NCBI GenBank assembly: GCA_963770895.1
Contig: CAVYRF010000001.1
Coordinates: forward strand, 1,088,001 to 1,152,000
Reading direction: 5' to 3'
DNA from: an uncultured Acidobacteriota bacterium
Lineage (GTDB): Bacteria; Acidobacteriota; Thermoanaerobaculia; Multivoradales; UBA5704
DNA length: 64,000 bases
Of the stretch, positions 1 to 9,326 are shown one piece after another; within the stretch, counting starts at the first letter, position 1, and each line of letters begins with the position of its first letter. Below the pieces are notes generated by a model, which searched no databases, had not been told where the DNA came from, and was given only the letters and a program-made list of their open reading frames with translations. Both the position numbers and the translations under genes were made by a program.

Positions 1-695
1 AGCGCCACCGCCGGTTCCGCCAGCAGGGCAAAGCTGCTGGCGATGCCGGCGGGTCGCGCGCCGCCAGCCGCGCCGCCCGCGCGCCGATCGCCGGCAGCGC
101 CGGCATCGCCTGCAGCCACGGCGGGCGCCGCGGCCGGCGGCGCGGCGCGCAGCGCGAGCATCAGCAGCAGCGTCAGCAGCGTCGCCGCCGCGAACACCGG
201 GAAGATCCGGTACCACGCAAAGCCGGCGCCGATCACCAGCGTCGTCAGGTAGGGGCCCGAGATCGAGCCCAGGCTCTTGATGAACTGGGCGAACGTGAGG
301 TTGCGCGCGTAGCGCCCCGGCGCGCTGACGTCGCGCAGGATCGGGTTGCCCGCCACCTGCAGCGCCGCCATGCCGGTGCCGACCAGGAAGATGGCGCCCA
401 GCAGCAGGCCGAAGCTGGCGATCGTGATGCTGGGAATCAGCTCGCCGGCGAGCACCACGACCAGCGAGCCCACCATCAGGAGCCGCTTGCCGTACCGGTC
501 GGCGACCACTCCGGCGGGCACCGACACCAGCGCAAAGGCGATGAAGCCGAAGAAGGGGAGCAGCCCGGCCTGCGCGCCCGACAGGTGAAACTCCTTCTCC
601 GCGAAGCCGACCAGCGTCCCCACCGCGTCGGCAAAGCCCATGACGAAAAAGCCGCAGAAGATGGGCAGGGTGCGCAGGGCGCGCGGATCGTTCAT
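1..695 (-). CDS. MFS transporter (FucP/glucose-galactose type), 3' end outside window
   Basis: Manual translation from ATG at 695 (ATGA overlap with upstream stop): MNDPRALRTLPIFCGFFVMGFADAVG...AGVVADRYGKR (MFS motif A)...ALQVAGNP; hydrophobic helices. Confidence 0.85.
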   Translation of the reverse strand, partial: MNDPRALRTLPIFCGFFVMGFADAVGTLVGFAEKEFHLSGAQAGLLPFFGFIAFALVSVPAGVVADRYGKRLLMVGSLVVVLAGELIPSITIASFGLLLGAIFLVGTGMAALQVAGNPILRDVSAPGRYARNLTFAQFIKSLGSISGPYLTTLVIGAGFAWYRIFPVFAAATLLTLLLMLALRAAPPAAAPAVAAGDAGAAGDRRAGGAAGGARPAGIASSFALLAEPAVA

Positions 696-1936
696 CGCGG
701 CTGGCTTTGCACGTCCGGCGTGGCGATGTGCTCGGGCCGGAAGCCCAGGCCGACGATGCGCGCGGCGACGCGGCGCAGCAGCGGTGCCAGCAGGGCCAGC
801 AGCTTGCGGGCGGCCCACGGCACCGGCAGCGCCTGCTTGCCCGACGGATCGCCGAACATGCGCCGGTGGATGAGCACCTGGATCGCCTGCATGCGCCGCA
901 CCGGCGGCTCGCGCCGCCGCTGGACGCGCTGCAGATCGGATTGCCCCAGCGGCGTGCGCTGGCGCAGGTTGGCGGCAAGCAGGTTGGCGGTCGCCACCGC
1001 GTCCTGGATCGCGTAGTTGATGCCGACGCCGCCGGCGGGAGACATGGCGTGCGCCGCGTCGCCGATGCACAGCAACCCCGGCCGCTGCCAGTGGCGCAGG
1101 CGGTTGACCTGCACCGTCAACAGCTTTACCTGGTCCCAGCTGTCGAGGTCGGCGGTCGCGTCGGCCAGAAACGGCGCCGCCTCGCCGATCCTGGCGTGGA
1201 ACGCCGGCAGCCCCTGGCGCTGCATGTCCGGGAACGCGCCCTTACGGATGATCAGGCCGCACTGGTAGTAGTCGCCGCGCGGGATGGTGACCAGCAGCGT
1301 GCCGCCCTTGATGCGGCCCAGCGACGGCGCCGGCTCGTCGACCTTGGGGGCCAGACGGAACCACAGCACGTCGATGGGGACGCCAAAGTCGACCCGCTGC
1401 AGCCCTGCCCGTTCGCAGACCGTGGAGTGGCGCCCGTCGCACGCCACCACCAGGTCGGCGCGCACCCGCAGCTCGCCCCCCGCCGTCCGCGCCTTCACCC
1501 CCACGACGCGGCCGCCCTCTTCGATCAGGTCCGCCACCTCCGCCTGCATGAGCAGCTGAAACCCGGGATAGCGCCTCGCCTGCTCGGCCAGGAAGTTGAG
1601 CAGGTCCCACTGCGGCATCAGGGCGATGAATTTGCAGAGCGTCGGCAGGCGCGAAAAGTCGGGCCCTTCGATGTCCCGCCCTTCGAACGAAAGGTAGATC
1701 CGGTGCAGCTCCTGGTGCGGCAGGCGCAGAAACGCGTCCAGCAAGCCCAGCTCGTGCATCACCTGCAACGTCGAAGGGTGCACCGTGTCGCCGCGGAAAT
1801 CGCGAAAGAAATCGCCGTGCTTTTCGAGCACCACCACCGGCACCCCCGCCCGCGCCAGCAGCAGCCCCAGCATCATCCCCGCCGGCCCGCCGCCGGCGAT
1901 GCAGCAAGAGGTCTTGATCTCCTGCGGAGTGTCCAT
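692..1936 (-). CDS. FAD-dependent oxidoreductase/monooxygenase (UbiH/PheA-like fold)
   Basis: IAGGGPAG Rossmann motif, ACDGRHS (DG motif), IGDAAHAMSPAGGVGINYAIQDA (GD motif). Confidence 0.92.
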   Translation of the reverse strand: MDTPQEIKTSCCIAGGGPAGMMLGLLLARAGVPVVVLEKHGDFFRDFRGDTVHPSTLQVMHELGLLDAFLRLPHQELHRIYLSFEGRDIEGPDFSRLPTLCKFIALMPQWDLLNFLAEQARRYPGFQLLMQAEVADLIEEGGRVVGVKARTAGGELRVRADLVVACDGRHSTVCERAGLQRVDFGVPIDVLWFRLAPKVDEPAPSLGRIKGGTLLVTIPRGDYYQCGLIIRKGAFPDMQRQGLPAFHARIGEAAPFLADATADLDSWDQVKLLTVQVNRLRHWQRPGLLCIGDAAHAMSPAGGVGINYAIQDAVATANLLAANLRQRTPLGQSDLQRVQRRREPPVRRMQAIQVLIHRRMFGDPSGKQALPVPWAARKLLALLAPLLRRVAARIVGLGFRPEHIATPDVQSQPR

Positions 1937-2063
1937 GGTCAGGGAAGTCTAATCCAGATTCCCCGCCTGGCAGGCGCGGCGTCTGCCGTCGCCGGGGCCG
2001 CGGCACTCGACTTCGGCTACTCTGGGAGGGGTGATCCGGAGGCCGGATGAGGGGGTCGGGACC

Positions 2064-3662
2064 ATGGCAAGCGATGAGACCACGGAAAGGGGGGCGGCCG
2101 CGGCGGACGTGGCCGCGGTGGACGCGCCGCCGGTTTCCGCGGCGTCGGGGCGGGCGGTGTTGGCGGCGGCGATCCTGGGCTCGTCGATGTCGTTTCTGGA
2201 CGGCACGGCGGTCAACGTCGCCCTGCCCGCCTTGCAGAGCGGCCTGGGCGCCACGCTCACCGACGTGCAGTGGGTGGTCGAAGCCTATGCGCTGTTTCTG
2301 GCCGCGCTGCTGCTGGTCGGCGGTTCGCTGGGGGACCGCTATGGACGCCGGCGGGTGTTCGTGCTGGGGGTCGTCGTCTTCGCCCTGGCATCGGCGGTGT
2401 GCGGGATGGCCCCCTCCATCGGCTGGTTGATCGCGGCGCGGGCGGTGCAGGGGGTGGGCGCGGCGCTGCTCGTGCCGGAAAGCCTGGCGCTCCTGTCGGC
2501 CAACTTCGAGGGTGCGCGCCGCGGGGCGGCGATCGGCACCTGGTCGGCTTTTTCGGCCGTCACCGCGGCGGTGGGGCCGCTGTGCGGCGGCTGGCTGATC
2601 GACCACCTGTCGTGGCGCTGGGTGTTCTGGCTCAACCTGCCGCTGGCGGTGGTGGTGATCTACCTGTCGCTGCGCCACGTCCCCGAGAGCCGCGATCCCG
2701 CGGCGCCGCACCGGCTGGACCTGGCGGGGACGCTGCTCGCGACGCTCGGCCTGGGCGGCCTGACCTACGGCCTTACCGAGGCGGGCAGCCGCGGCCTGGG
2801 CCAGCCGCTGCTGGTCGCGGCGATGATCCTGGGTGGCCTGGCGCTGGTGGCGTTCGTCGCCGTCGAGGCGCGCCGCGCGGCGCCCATGATGCCGCTGTCG
2901 CTGTTCCGCTCGCGCGCGTTCGCAGGCGCCAACGCATTGACGCTGTTTCTGTATGCCGGGCTGGGCGGGGTGCTGTTCTTTCTCCCCTTCGAGCTGATCC
3001 AGATCCATCACTACCCGGCTACCGCGGCGGGGGCCGCGCTGCTGCCCCTGATCGCCCTCATGTTCCTGCTGTCGCGGTGGACGGGCGGCCTGGTCGCCTG
3101 CCACGGCGCGCGCCTGCTGCTGGTATGCGGGCCGGTGATCGCGGCGATCGGCTGCGCGCTGCTGGCGCTGCCGGGCACCGGCGGCAGCTACTGGACCACC
3201 TTCTTTCCCGCCGTCTCGGTGCTCGGGCTCGGCATGTCGATCAGCGTGGCGCCGCTCACCACGGTGGTGATGAACGCCGTCGAGGTGCGCCACGCCGGCC
3301 TTGCCTCGGGGATCAACAACGCCGTCTCGCGCACCGCCGGCCTGCTCGCCGTGGCGCTGCTCGGCCTGGTCATGGTGGCCGCTTTCACCCGTGAGCGCGA
3401 CCGCAGGCTGGCGCCCTTGAACCTGCCGCCGGCCGTGCGCCAGGCGCTCGATCGCCAGCTGCCCGCGCTCGCGGCAGCCGACATCCCGGCCGGCGTCGGT
3501 CCGGCCCAGAGCGCCGCCCTGCGCGCCGCGCTCGACAATGCTTTCGTTGCCGGCTTCCGCCGGGTCGCCGCCGCCAGCGCCGCCCTGGCGCTCCTGGCCG
3601 CCCTCTGCGCCGCGGCGAGCCTTGGGGAGCGCGCCGCGCCCGGCCGCGCGGGAGGGTCCTGA
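2064..3662 (+). CDS. DHA2-family (EmrB/QacA) MFS efflux transporter
   Basis: [39 protein letters not shown]; about 14 TM segments. Confidence 0.92.
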   Translation: MASDETTERGAAAADVAAVDAPPVSAASGRAVLAAAILGSSMSFLDGTAVNVALPALQSGLGATLTDVQWVVEAYALFLAALLLVGGSLGDRYGRRRVFVLGVVVFALASAVCGMAPSIGWLIAARAVQGVGAALLVPESLALLSANFEGARRGAAIGTWSAFSAVTAAVGPLCGGWLIDHLSWRWVFWLNLPLAVVVIYLSLRHVPESRDPAAPHRLDLAGTLLATLGLGGLTYGLTEAGSRGLGQPLLVAAMILGGLALVAFVAVEARRAAPMMPLSLFRSRAFAGANALTLFLYAGLGGVLFFLPFELIQIHHYPATAAGAALLPLIALMFLLSRWTGGLVACHGARLLLVCGPVIAAIGCALLALPGTGGSYWTTFFPAVSVLGLGMSISVAPLTTVVMNAVEVRHAGLASGINNAVSRTAGLLAVALLGLVMVAAFTRERDRRLAPLNLPPAVRQALDRQLPALAAADIPAGVGPAQSAALRAALDNAFVAGFRRVAAASAALALLAALCAAASLGERAAPGRAGGS

Positions 3663-3719
3663 TACACTCTTTGAACTGCCCAGCAGCCTGCGCTCTTGGT
3701 TGGAGGATGCTCGCGATTG

Positions 3720-5123
3720 ATGGACGGATCGTTTCTAACCTATCGCGCGGGCGAGCTGTGTGTTGAAGGTTTGGCGCTGCCGGCGCTGGCGCAGGGACGC
3801 GAAACTCCCTTCTTCATCCTGAGCGAGCGCCGGCTGCGCGTCGCCTATGCGGGCCTGGCGCGGGCGTTTGCCGCCGCCGGCGTGACGGCGGAGCTGCGCT
3901 ACTGCGCCAAGACCAACTCCGAGGCGGCGGTGCTGGCGATCCTGGCGGGCTGCGGCGCCGGCCTCCTGGCCTGTCACCCGGCGGAGGTCGAGCTGGCGCG
4001 AGCGTGCGGCTTTGCGGGCTCGCGCATCGCCTACCAGAAGCCGGTGCTGACGCCGCGCGAGCTGGACGCCGTGCTCGCCCAGGGCGTCGGCCTGGTGCAC
4101 GTCCACCTGGCCTCCGACGTGGCACTGATCGAGGCGGCCGCGGCGCGCGCCGGCCGGCCGGTGCGCCTGTCGCTGCGCCTGGCGCCGCCGCGGGCGCTGT
4201 CGCCGCTGCGCGCGCTGGGCCGGCGGGTCGGCCTGGACGAAGACCAGGCCGTCGCCATCGCCGCCGCCGTCCGCGGGTCGCGCTGGCTGCAGGTGGTGGG
4301 TGTGAACCTCTACATGGGGACCCAGCAGCGGGCCGCCAGCCTGGAGCGCGCCGCCGGCCAGGGCTTCGCGCTGCTGCGCCGCCTGGCCGCCGCCGGGGTG
4401 GAGCTCGAAGAGGTGAACCTGGGCGGCGGCATCCCCTCGCCCACGCTGTCGCGGCTGTCGCTCGCCCGGCTGGTGCCGCGCCTGCTCGACAGGCCGGCCG
4501 GCGGCCGCTCGCCCGCCGCGCCCGGCCGCGGCATTGGCGGCGCGCCGGGTGCGACGATCCACCCGTTCGCTCTCCGTGTCGCCCAAACCTTTGCCGCTCT
4601 GGGCCGATCCCTGCCGGCGAAGGTCCGCCTGGTGGTCGAGCCGGGGCGTTCGCTGGTCGGCGCGGCCGGCATCCTGGTGACGCGGGTGCGCGCGGTGCGC
4701 GGCCGCTGGCTCTACCTCGACGCCAGCCGCGACTTCCTTCCCGAGTCGCCCTGGCTGCTGACCCGCCCGGTGCTGCCGGCGCTCGAGCCGCGCTCCGCGG
4801 CCCGGCGGTTTGTCCACCTGTCGGGATGCGGCCTGAGCACCCTCGACGTGCTCGACCTGCACCGCCGCCTGCCCAGGGTGGACGCCGGCGAGCTGCTGGT
4901 CCTGGGCGACGCCGGCGCCTATTCCATCTCGCGCGCCGCCCGCTACACCGGGCTGTCGCCGGCGGTGTACCTGCTCGGCGAAGACGGCTCGCTGCTGCTG
5001 GCAAGGCGCGCCGAAACGGTCGCCGACCTGACGGGTCCGATGGCGCCGGCCATGCCGCAGGCTGCCGCCGTGCCTGCCGGCGCCGCCGGCGCCGACGCCC
5101 GGCGCGGAGACCGCCTGGCGTGA
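3720..5123 (+). CDS. Divergent PLP-dependent fold-III decarboxylase (LysA/ornithine decarboxylase family)
   Basis: YCAKTN (PLP Lys), VNLGGG, VVEPGRSLV, DAGAY motifs; the usual HIGSQ and CESGD motifs are altered. Confidence 0.8.
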   Translation: MDGSFLTYRAGELCVEGLALPALAQGRETPFFILSERRLRVAYAGLARAFAAAGVTAELRYCAKTNSEAAVLAILAGCGAGLLACHPAEVELARACGFAGSRIAYQKPVLTPRELDAVLAQGVGLVHVHLASDVALIEAAAARAGRPVRLSLRLAPPRALSPLRALGRRVGLDEDQAVAIAAAVRGSRWLQVVGVNLYMGTQQRAASLERAAGQGFALLRRLAAAGVELEEVNLGGGIPSPTLSRLSLARLVPRLLDRPAGGRSPAAPGRGIGGAPGATIHPFALRVAQTFAALGRSLPAKVRLVVEPGRSLVGAAGILVTRVRAVRGRWLYLDASRDFLPESPWLLTRPVLPALEPRSAARRFVHLSGCGLSTLDVLDLHRRLPRVDAGELLVLGDAGAYSISRAARYTGLSPAVYLLGEDGSLLLARRAETVADLTGPMAPAMPQAAAVPAGAAGADARRGDRLA

Positions 5124-6214
5124 GCGGCGGCGAGGCGGTTGGGGGTGCGCCCCGCGCCGGCCTGGCCGAGGAAGTCCTGGTGACCGGCGCCTCCGGCTTT
5201 CTGGGCCGGCCGTTGGTTGGAGCGATCGCTGCCGCGGGACGCTCGGTGACCTGCCTTTCGCGCCGGCCGGTCCCGCCGCCAGCCGTGGAGCAGCGGGGCC
5301 GCGTGCGCTGGGTTCAGGCCGACGTGCGGCACCCGCAGAGCTACCAGCCGCACCTGCGGCCGGGGATGACGGTCTACCACCTGGCGGCACTGCGCAGCGG
5401 CGCCGGCCGGCACGCCGGCGACTTCGAAGCTGTCAACGTCGCGGCGTGCGGCGAGCTGGCGCGCCGCTGTCTCGATCGCGGCATCCGCCGCTTCGTCCTG
5501 GTGACCTCGGCCCATCTTTTCGGGCCTTCCCAGCATGGCGAAACGCGCCGCGAAGCCGGCGCCTGGTCCGACGCCGCCGGCAGTCTGGAGCCCATTCCGG
5601 GCGGCGGCAGAGAGCCGGCGCTCGGCTGCTACGAGCGCTCGCGGCAAGCGGGGCTGCTGGAGGTGCGCCGCCTGGCGGCGGCAGGACTGGACGCCGTGAT
5701 CGTGTGCCCGACGATCATCTTTGGCCCCGACCACCCCTCGCATCCCAACCGCGTCACCGGCGAGCTGCGGCGCATCGTCGCCGCCAGGCCCATCACCGTC
5801 CTGATCGCCGGCGGCACCGCGACACGCGACCTGGTGTACGTCGACGACGTGGTTGCAGCGGCGCTGGCCGCCGAGCGGCTGGCGCCGCCGGGAACCGAGC
5901 TGCTGCTGGGCGGCGAGCCCGCCTCGCATCGTGAGCTGCTTTTGCGAACGCTGGCGCTCCTCGGTCGCAGCGGTGCGCGCCTGCCGGCGATTTCGCTGCC
6001 GGCGGCGGCGGCCCTGGCCGCGGCGCGCGCGGCGGACCGCGTGCTGCGGTACGATGCCGGCTGCGGTTACGCCGCGGCGGTGATCCGGATGCTGCGGGAT
6101 TGGCGTTTCGATTCAGGGAGGGCGCAAAAACTGCTCGATTACCGGCCGCTGTCTCTCGATCAAGGCCTGGCCAAGACCCTGCGCTGGCTGCGCGGCAAGG
6201 ACGCGGCGCTTTGA
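5120..6214 (+). CDS. NAD-dependent epimerase/dehydratase (extended SDR)
   Basis: VLVTGASGFLG, YHLAA, YERSR (YxxxK variant), RDLVYVDDVV; GTGA overlap with previous stop. Confidence 0.88.
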   Translation: MSGGEAVGGAPRAGLAEEVLVTGASGFLGRPLVGAIAAAGRSVTCLSRRPVPPPAVEQRGRVRWVQADVRHPQSYQPHLRPGMTVYHLAALRSGAGRHAGDFEAVNVAACGELARRCLDRGIRRFVLVTSAHLFGPSQHGETRREAGAWSDAAGSLEPIPGGGREPALGCYERSRQAGLLEVRRLAAAGLDAVIVCPTIIFGPDHPSHPNRVTGELRRIVAARPITVLIAGGTATRDLVYVDDVVAAALAAERLAPPGTELLLGGEPASHRELLLRTLALLGRSGARLPAISLPAAAALAAARAADRVLRYDAGCGYAAAVIRMLRDWRFDSGRAQKLLDYRPLSLDQGLAKTLRWLRGKDAAL

Positions 6215-7098
6215 TCGATTCCAACCAGCCCGATCGATCGCAAACCGAGACGCCGCCAGGACTGTCGCTGCGCGAGCAGCAGCGCCAGGACTGGGAGCGC
6301 ATCGCGGGCTCCGTGTCCGATTTCTTCGGCGCCCCCAGCACGCAATATTACCGACGCTGCGAAATCGCACTTTTCGAACGCAGCTTTGGATCCTTGCGCA
6401 ATAAACGTCTGCTCAAGCTCGACCTGTGGAACGAAGCGTTTAACACCCGCATCCTGCATTGGGCGCGCGATCAGGGCGCCGAAGTGTACGGGCTCGACCT
6501 CTCACAGGTGGTCGCCGCCCGCGCCCAGCGCAACGACCGCGAAGCCGGCGCCGGCGGCGCGGCGCTCCGCCTGGTGCGCGCCGACATTCGCGAGATCCCG
6601 TTCGCCGACGCCTCCTTCGACCTGGTCTACACCATGGGGACCATCGAGCACATCGACGAATACGCGCAGGCGATCGCGGAAGTCGAGCGCGTGCTGCGGC
6701 CGGGCGGGCTCGCCGTCATCGGCGTACCGCACCGCTGGAATCTCTTCCTGCGGCCGCTGATGGTGGCGGTGCTCACCGCCTGCGGGCGCTACCTCTACGC
6801 CCCCGAAAAGTCGTTCGGCGGCGGCGAGTTTCGTCGCCTGATCGAAAGCAAGGGCCTGCGGCCCATCTGGCGCAGCGGCGTGCTGACCGCGCCGGGCATC
6901 CTGCGCATGGCCGACCTCTACTTCTACACCCGCAAAAACCCGCTCTGGCGCCTGTCCCGGCTGTGGGTCCCGTTTTTCGAGATGGCCGAAACCCGCTGGC
7001 GTTGGCCCGGCCGCTTCGGCTACCTGATGGCCGTGCTCGCTGAAAAACCGCTCGCCGGCCCGCCGGCGGCAGGATCGCCTTCCGGCATGACGACGTGA
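6211..7098 (+). CDS. Class I SAM-dependent methyltransferase-like protein
   Basis: YGLDLS, ADIREIPFADASFDLV, RVLRPGG; motif I atypical (LKLDLWNEA); TTGA overlap. Confidence 0.82.
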   Translation: MIDSNQPDRSQTETPPGLSLREQQRQDWERIAGSVSDFFGAPSTQYYRRCEIALFERSFGSLRNKRLLKLDLWNEAFNTRILHWARDQGAEVYGLDLSQVVAARAQRNDREAGAGGAALRLVRADIREIPFADASFDLVYTMGTIEHIDEYAQAIAEVERVLRPGGLAVIGVPHRWNLFLRPLMVAVLTACGRYLYAPEKSFGGGEFRRLIESKGLRPIWRSGVLTAPGILRMADLYFYTRKNPLWRLSRLWVPFFEMAETRWRWPGRFGYLMAVLAEKPLAGPPAAGSPSGMTT

Positions 7099-7154
7099 GC
7101 GCCGGATGGCGCGGCGATCGGCCGGGCATGCTGCGCAATTGATATATTTCAGCA

Positions 7155-9323
7155 ATGAATCTCTCATCCTTGCGCGCCATCTGGCGCCGGCTGCCGCTCG
7201 CCCCGTTGCTGTGCCTGCCGCTGCTGGGTGCCGCTCCCGTCGCGACCTCTCCGGCCCCCGCCGTACCGCCGTCTCCCGCCGCGTCGAGCCCTGCACCGGC
7301 CGGCGCGGACCTGATCAAGAAGTGGCCCGAGCTCACGGGCGTCGTCGAGGAGTACCGCGGCTTGCGTTTCAAGAGCTCGGTGCCATGGGAGCTCATGTCG
7401 CCGGCAGAGTTCGCCAAAGCGGTCGCGACCGGCCTCAACATCGGCGCCCCTCTGGAGGGTGGCACCACGGAGATGGAGCTGGGCCTCAAAGCCTTCGGGT
7501 TGCTGCCGCAGACGCTGACGCTGGAAGACTACCTGCCGAAGCTGACCCTGGCCCAGCTTGCCGGCTTCTACGATTCGCGGCGCAAGAGACTGGCCCTCAT
7601 CACCGGGCCGCAGTCCCTGTTCGGCGACGAAGCGCGCGCCGGCCTGGGCGCGCAGGCGTTCGTCAGCTCGCAAGAAGGGCTGGTGATCCACGAGCTGACC
7701 CACGCTTTGCAGGACCAGCATTTCGGTCTCGCCAATCTGGCCCCCACCGGCAACGGCCTGTCCGATGCCGACCGCGCGCGCGTCGCCCTGGTCGAAGGCG
7801 ACGCCACGCTGACCATGCTCGGCGACATCGCCGGCGTCTCGCCAGGCGACCTTCCCGTCATCGGGATCAAGCTGCAGAAGCTGCTCGGCGATCCGCAGCA
7901 GTTCATGGCGATGGCGTCGGGTGTCCCGGGCACGGCCGAGCTGGCATCCGCGCCGGCCTGGTTTCGCGACACCATGCTGTTTTCCTACCTGCAGGGTGCC
8001 GGCTTCTGTGCCAGCGTGCTGGAGCACGGCGGCCAGCGGCTCCTCGACTACGCGTTCAGCACCGACCCGCCGCGTTCCACCGAGCAGATCCTGCATCCGG
8101 AAAAGTGGTACGGCAAGCCTGACGAACCGGCCGCGATCGCCTGGCCCGACCTGACGGCGGAGCTGCCCGGGTACGCCAAGGCGGCCTCCGGGCAGCTGGG
8201 GGAGCTGGGCATCGGCATCCTCCTGCGACAGGGCCTGAAAGACACTCCACAGGGCGCCGCGGGCGCCGCCGCCGGTTGGGGAGGCGACCAGTTCGCCGTC
8301 TACCGGCTGCCGCCGGCCGGTGGATCAACTCCTGAAGGGAGCCGGGCCCAGCAGCCGACCCTCCTGGCCTGGATCACCCAATGGGACACCGATGAAGCGG
8401 CGGCCCGGTTCGCGGCGGCGGCAAAGGCCCTGGGACCCGATTGGGACGTCCAGCGCTCCGCCGCCCGCCGCGTGATCGTCCTGCGCGGCGCGCTCGCCGC
8501 CGGCACGCGGACCGCTCTGCTTGCCAAGCTGGCGGCGGCGCCGGCCACGTTCGCCCCTGCCCGTAGCATCGATCCCGCGGCGATCGATCCGCGGCGGCTG
8601 GTCGGCGCCGTCGGCCCCCTCGTCGCCGCCCGCGTTGCCGCAAAGCGCCTGGCGATGCTTCCCGCCCAGCCGCTCTCCACCATCGTGGTGAGCGAGGACG
8701 GCGGTACCTACACTTTTCCAGGCATCGGCCTCACGTTGCGCTTGCCCTATGCCGTCGTCGGCTGGAAATCCCAGCCGCCCGCCAATCCGACGATGCTGCT
8801 TGAGCTCACCGACCCGCGGCTGGGGGCCGGGCTGCTCGTCAGCGCATTCGACACGCTCCTCCCAAAGCCCTCCTTCGACGTGGTCGAGACGAACCTGGAG
8901 CAAGGCATGAAGGCGAACAATCCAACCTTCGCCAAGCTCAATGGGCGCATCGTTAAGGAGAACGGCCGGCGCGCCTACGAAACGCTGTTCAGCGAATCCG
9001 TGAAAGGCGTCGAAATTCTCGGCGTGCAACGCCTCTTCCTCGACGGTGGCCGGGGCGTGATCGTCTGGATAGGCGCCAGGAAGGACCACTGGGATGAGAC
9101 CCGGTTCATCGCGCGCAATGTGTTCGCGGCCCTTGCCTTTGGTCCCGCCGCGTCGGTCCCGCCGGTCGCGCCGCTGACCACTCAGCCGGCTCAACCGGCG
9201 GCGCCGGCACCGGCCGCTCTGCCAGCGCCGCCCGCGCCCGCCTCCTTGCCAGCACCGCCGCCGCCACCCGCCCGCCACAGGCTGCGCAAGCTGCGTCGCC
9301 TCGCGGAGGGTGATGCCTGCTGA
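7155..9323 (+). CDS. Secreted zincin-like putative metallopeptidase with additional C-terminal domain
   Basis: Signal peptide; AGFYD, VIHELTHALQDQHF (HExxH), ALVEGDA, PPRSTEQILHPEK, AAAGWGGD. Confidence 0.7.
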   Translation: MNLSSLRAIWRRLPLAPLLCLPLLGAAPVATSPAPAVPPSPAASSPAPAGADLIKKWPELTGVVEEYRGLRFKSSVPWELMSPAEFAKAVATGLNIGAPLEGGTTEMELGLKAFGLLPQTLTLEDYLPKLTLAQLAGFYDSRRKRLALITGPQSLFGDEARAGLGAQAFVSSQEGLVIHELTHALQDQHFGLANLAPTGNGLSDADRARVALVEGDATLTMLGDIAGVSPGDLPVIGIKLQKLLGDPQQFMAMASGVPGTAELASAPAWFRDTMLFSYLQGAGFCASVLEHGGQRLLDYAFSTDPPRSTEQILHPEKWYGKPDEPAAIAWPDLTAELPGYAKAASGQLGELGIGILLRQGLKDTPQGAAGAAAGWGGDQFAVYRLPPAGGSTPEGSRAQQPTLLAWITQWDTDEAAARFAAAAKALGPDWDVQRSAARRVIVLRGALAAGTRTALLAKLAAAPATFAPARSIDPAAIDPRRLVGAVGPLVAARVAAKRLAMLPAQPLSTIVVSEDGGTYTFPGIGLTLRLPYAVVGWKSQPPANPTMLLELTDPRLGAGLLVSAFDTLLPKPSFDVVETNLEQGMKANNPTFAKLNGRIVKENGRRAYETLFSESVKGVEILGVQRLFLDGGRGVIVWIGARKDHWDETRFIARNVFAALAFGPAASVPPVAPLTTQPAQPAAPAPAALPAPPAPASLPAPPPPPARHRLRKLRRLAEGDAC

Positions 9324-9326
9324 GCC

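Noticed and set aside
3720-5123. Gene symbol lysA
   Set aside because: Key substrate and catalytic motifs are altered; only family-level assignment is supported
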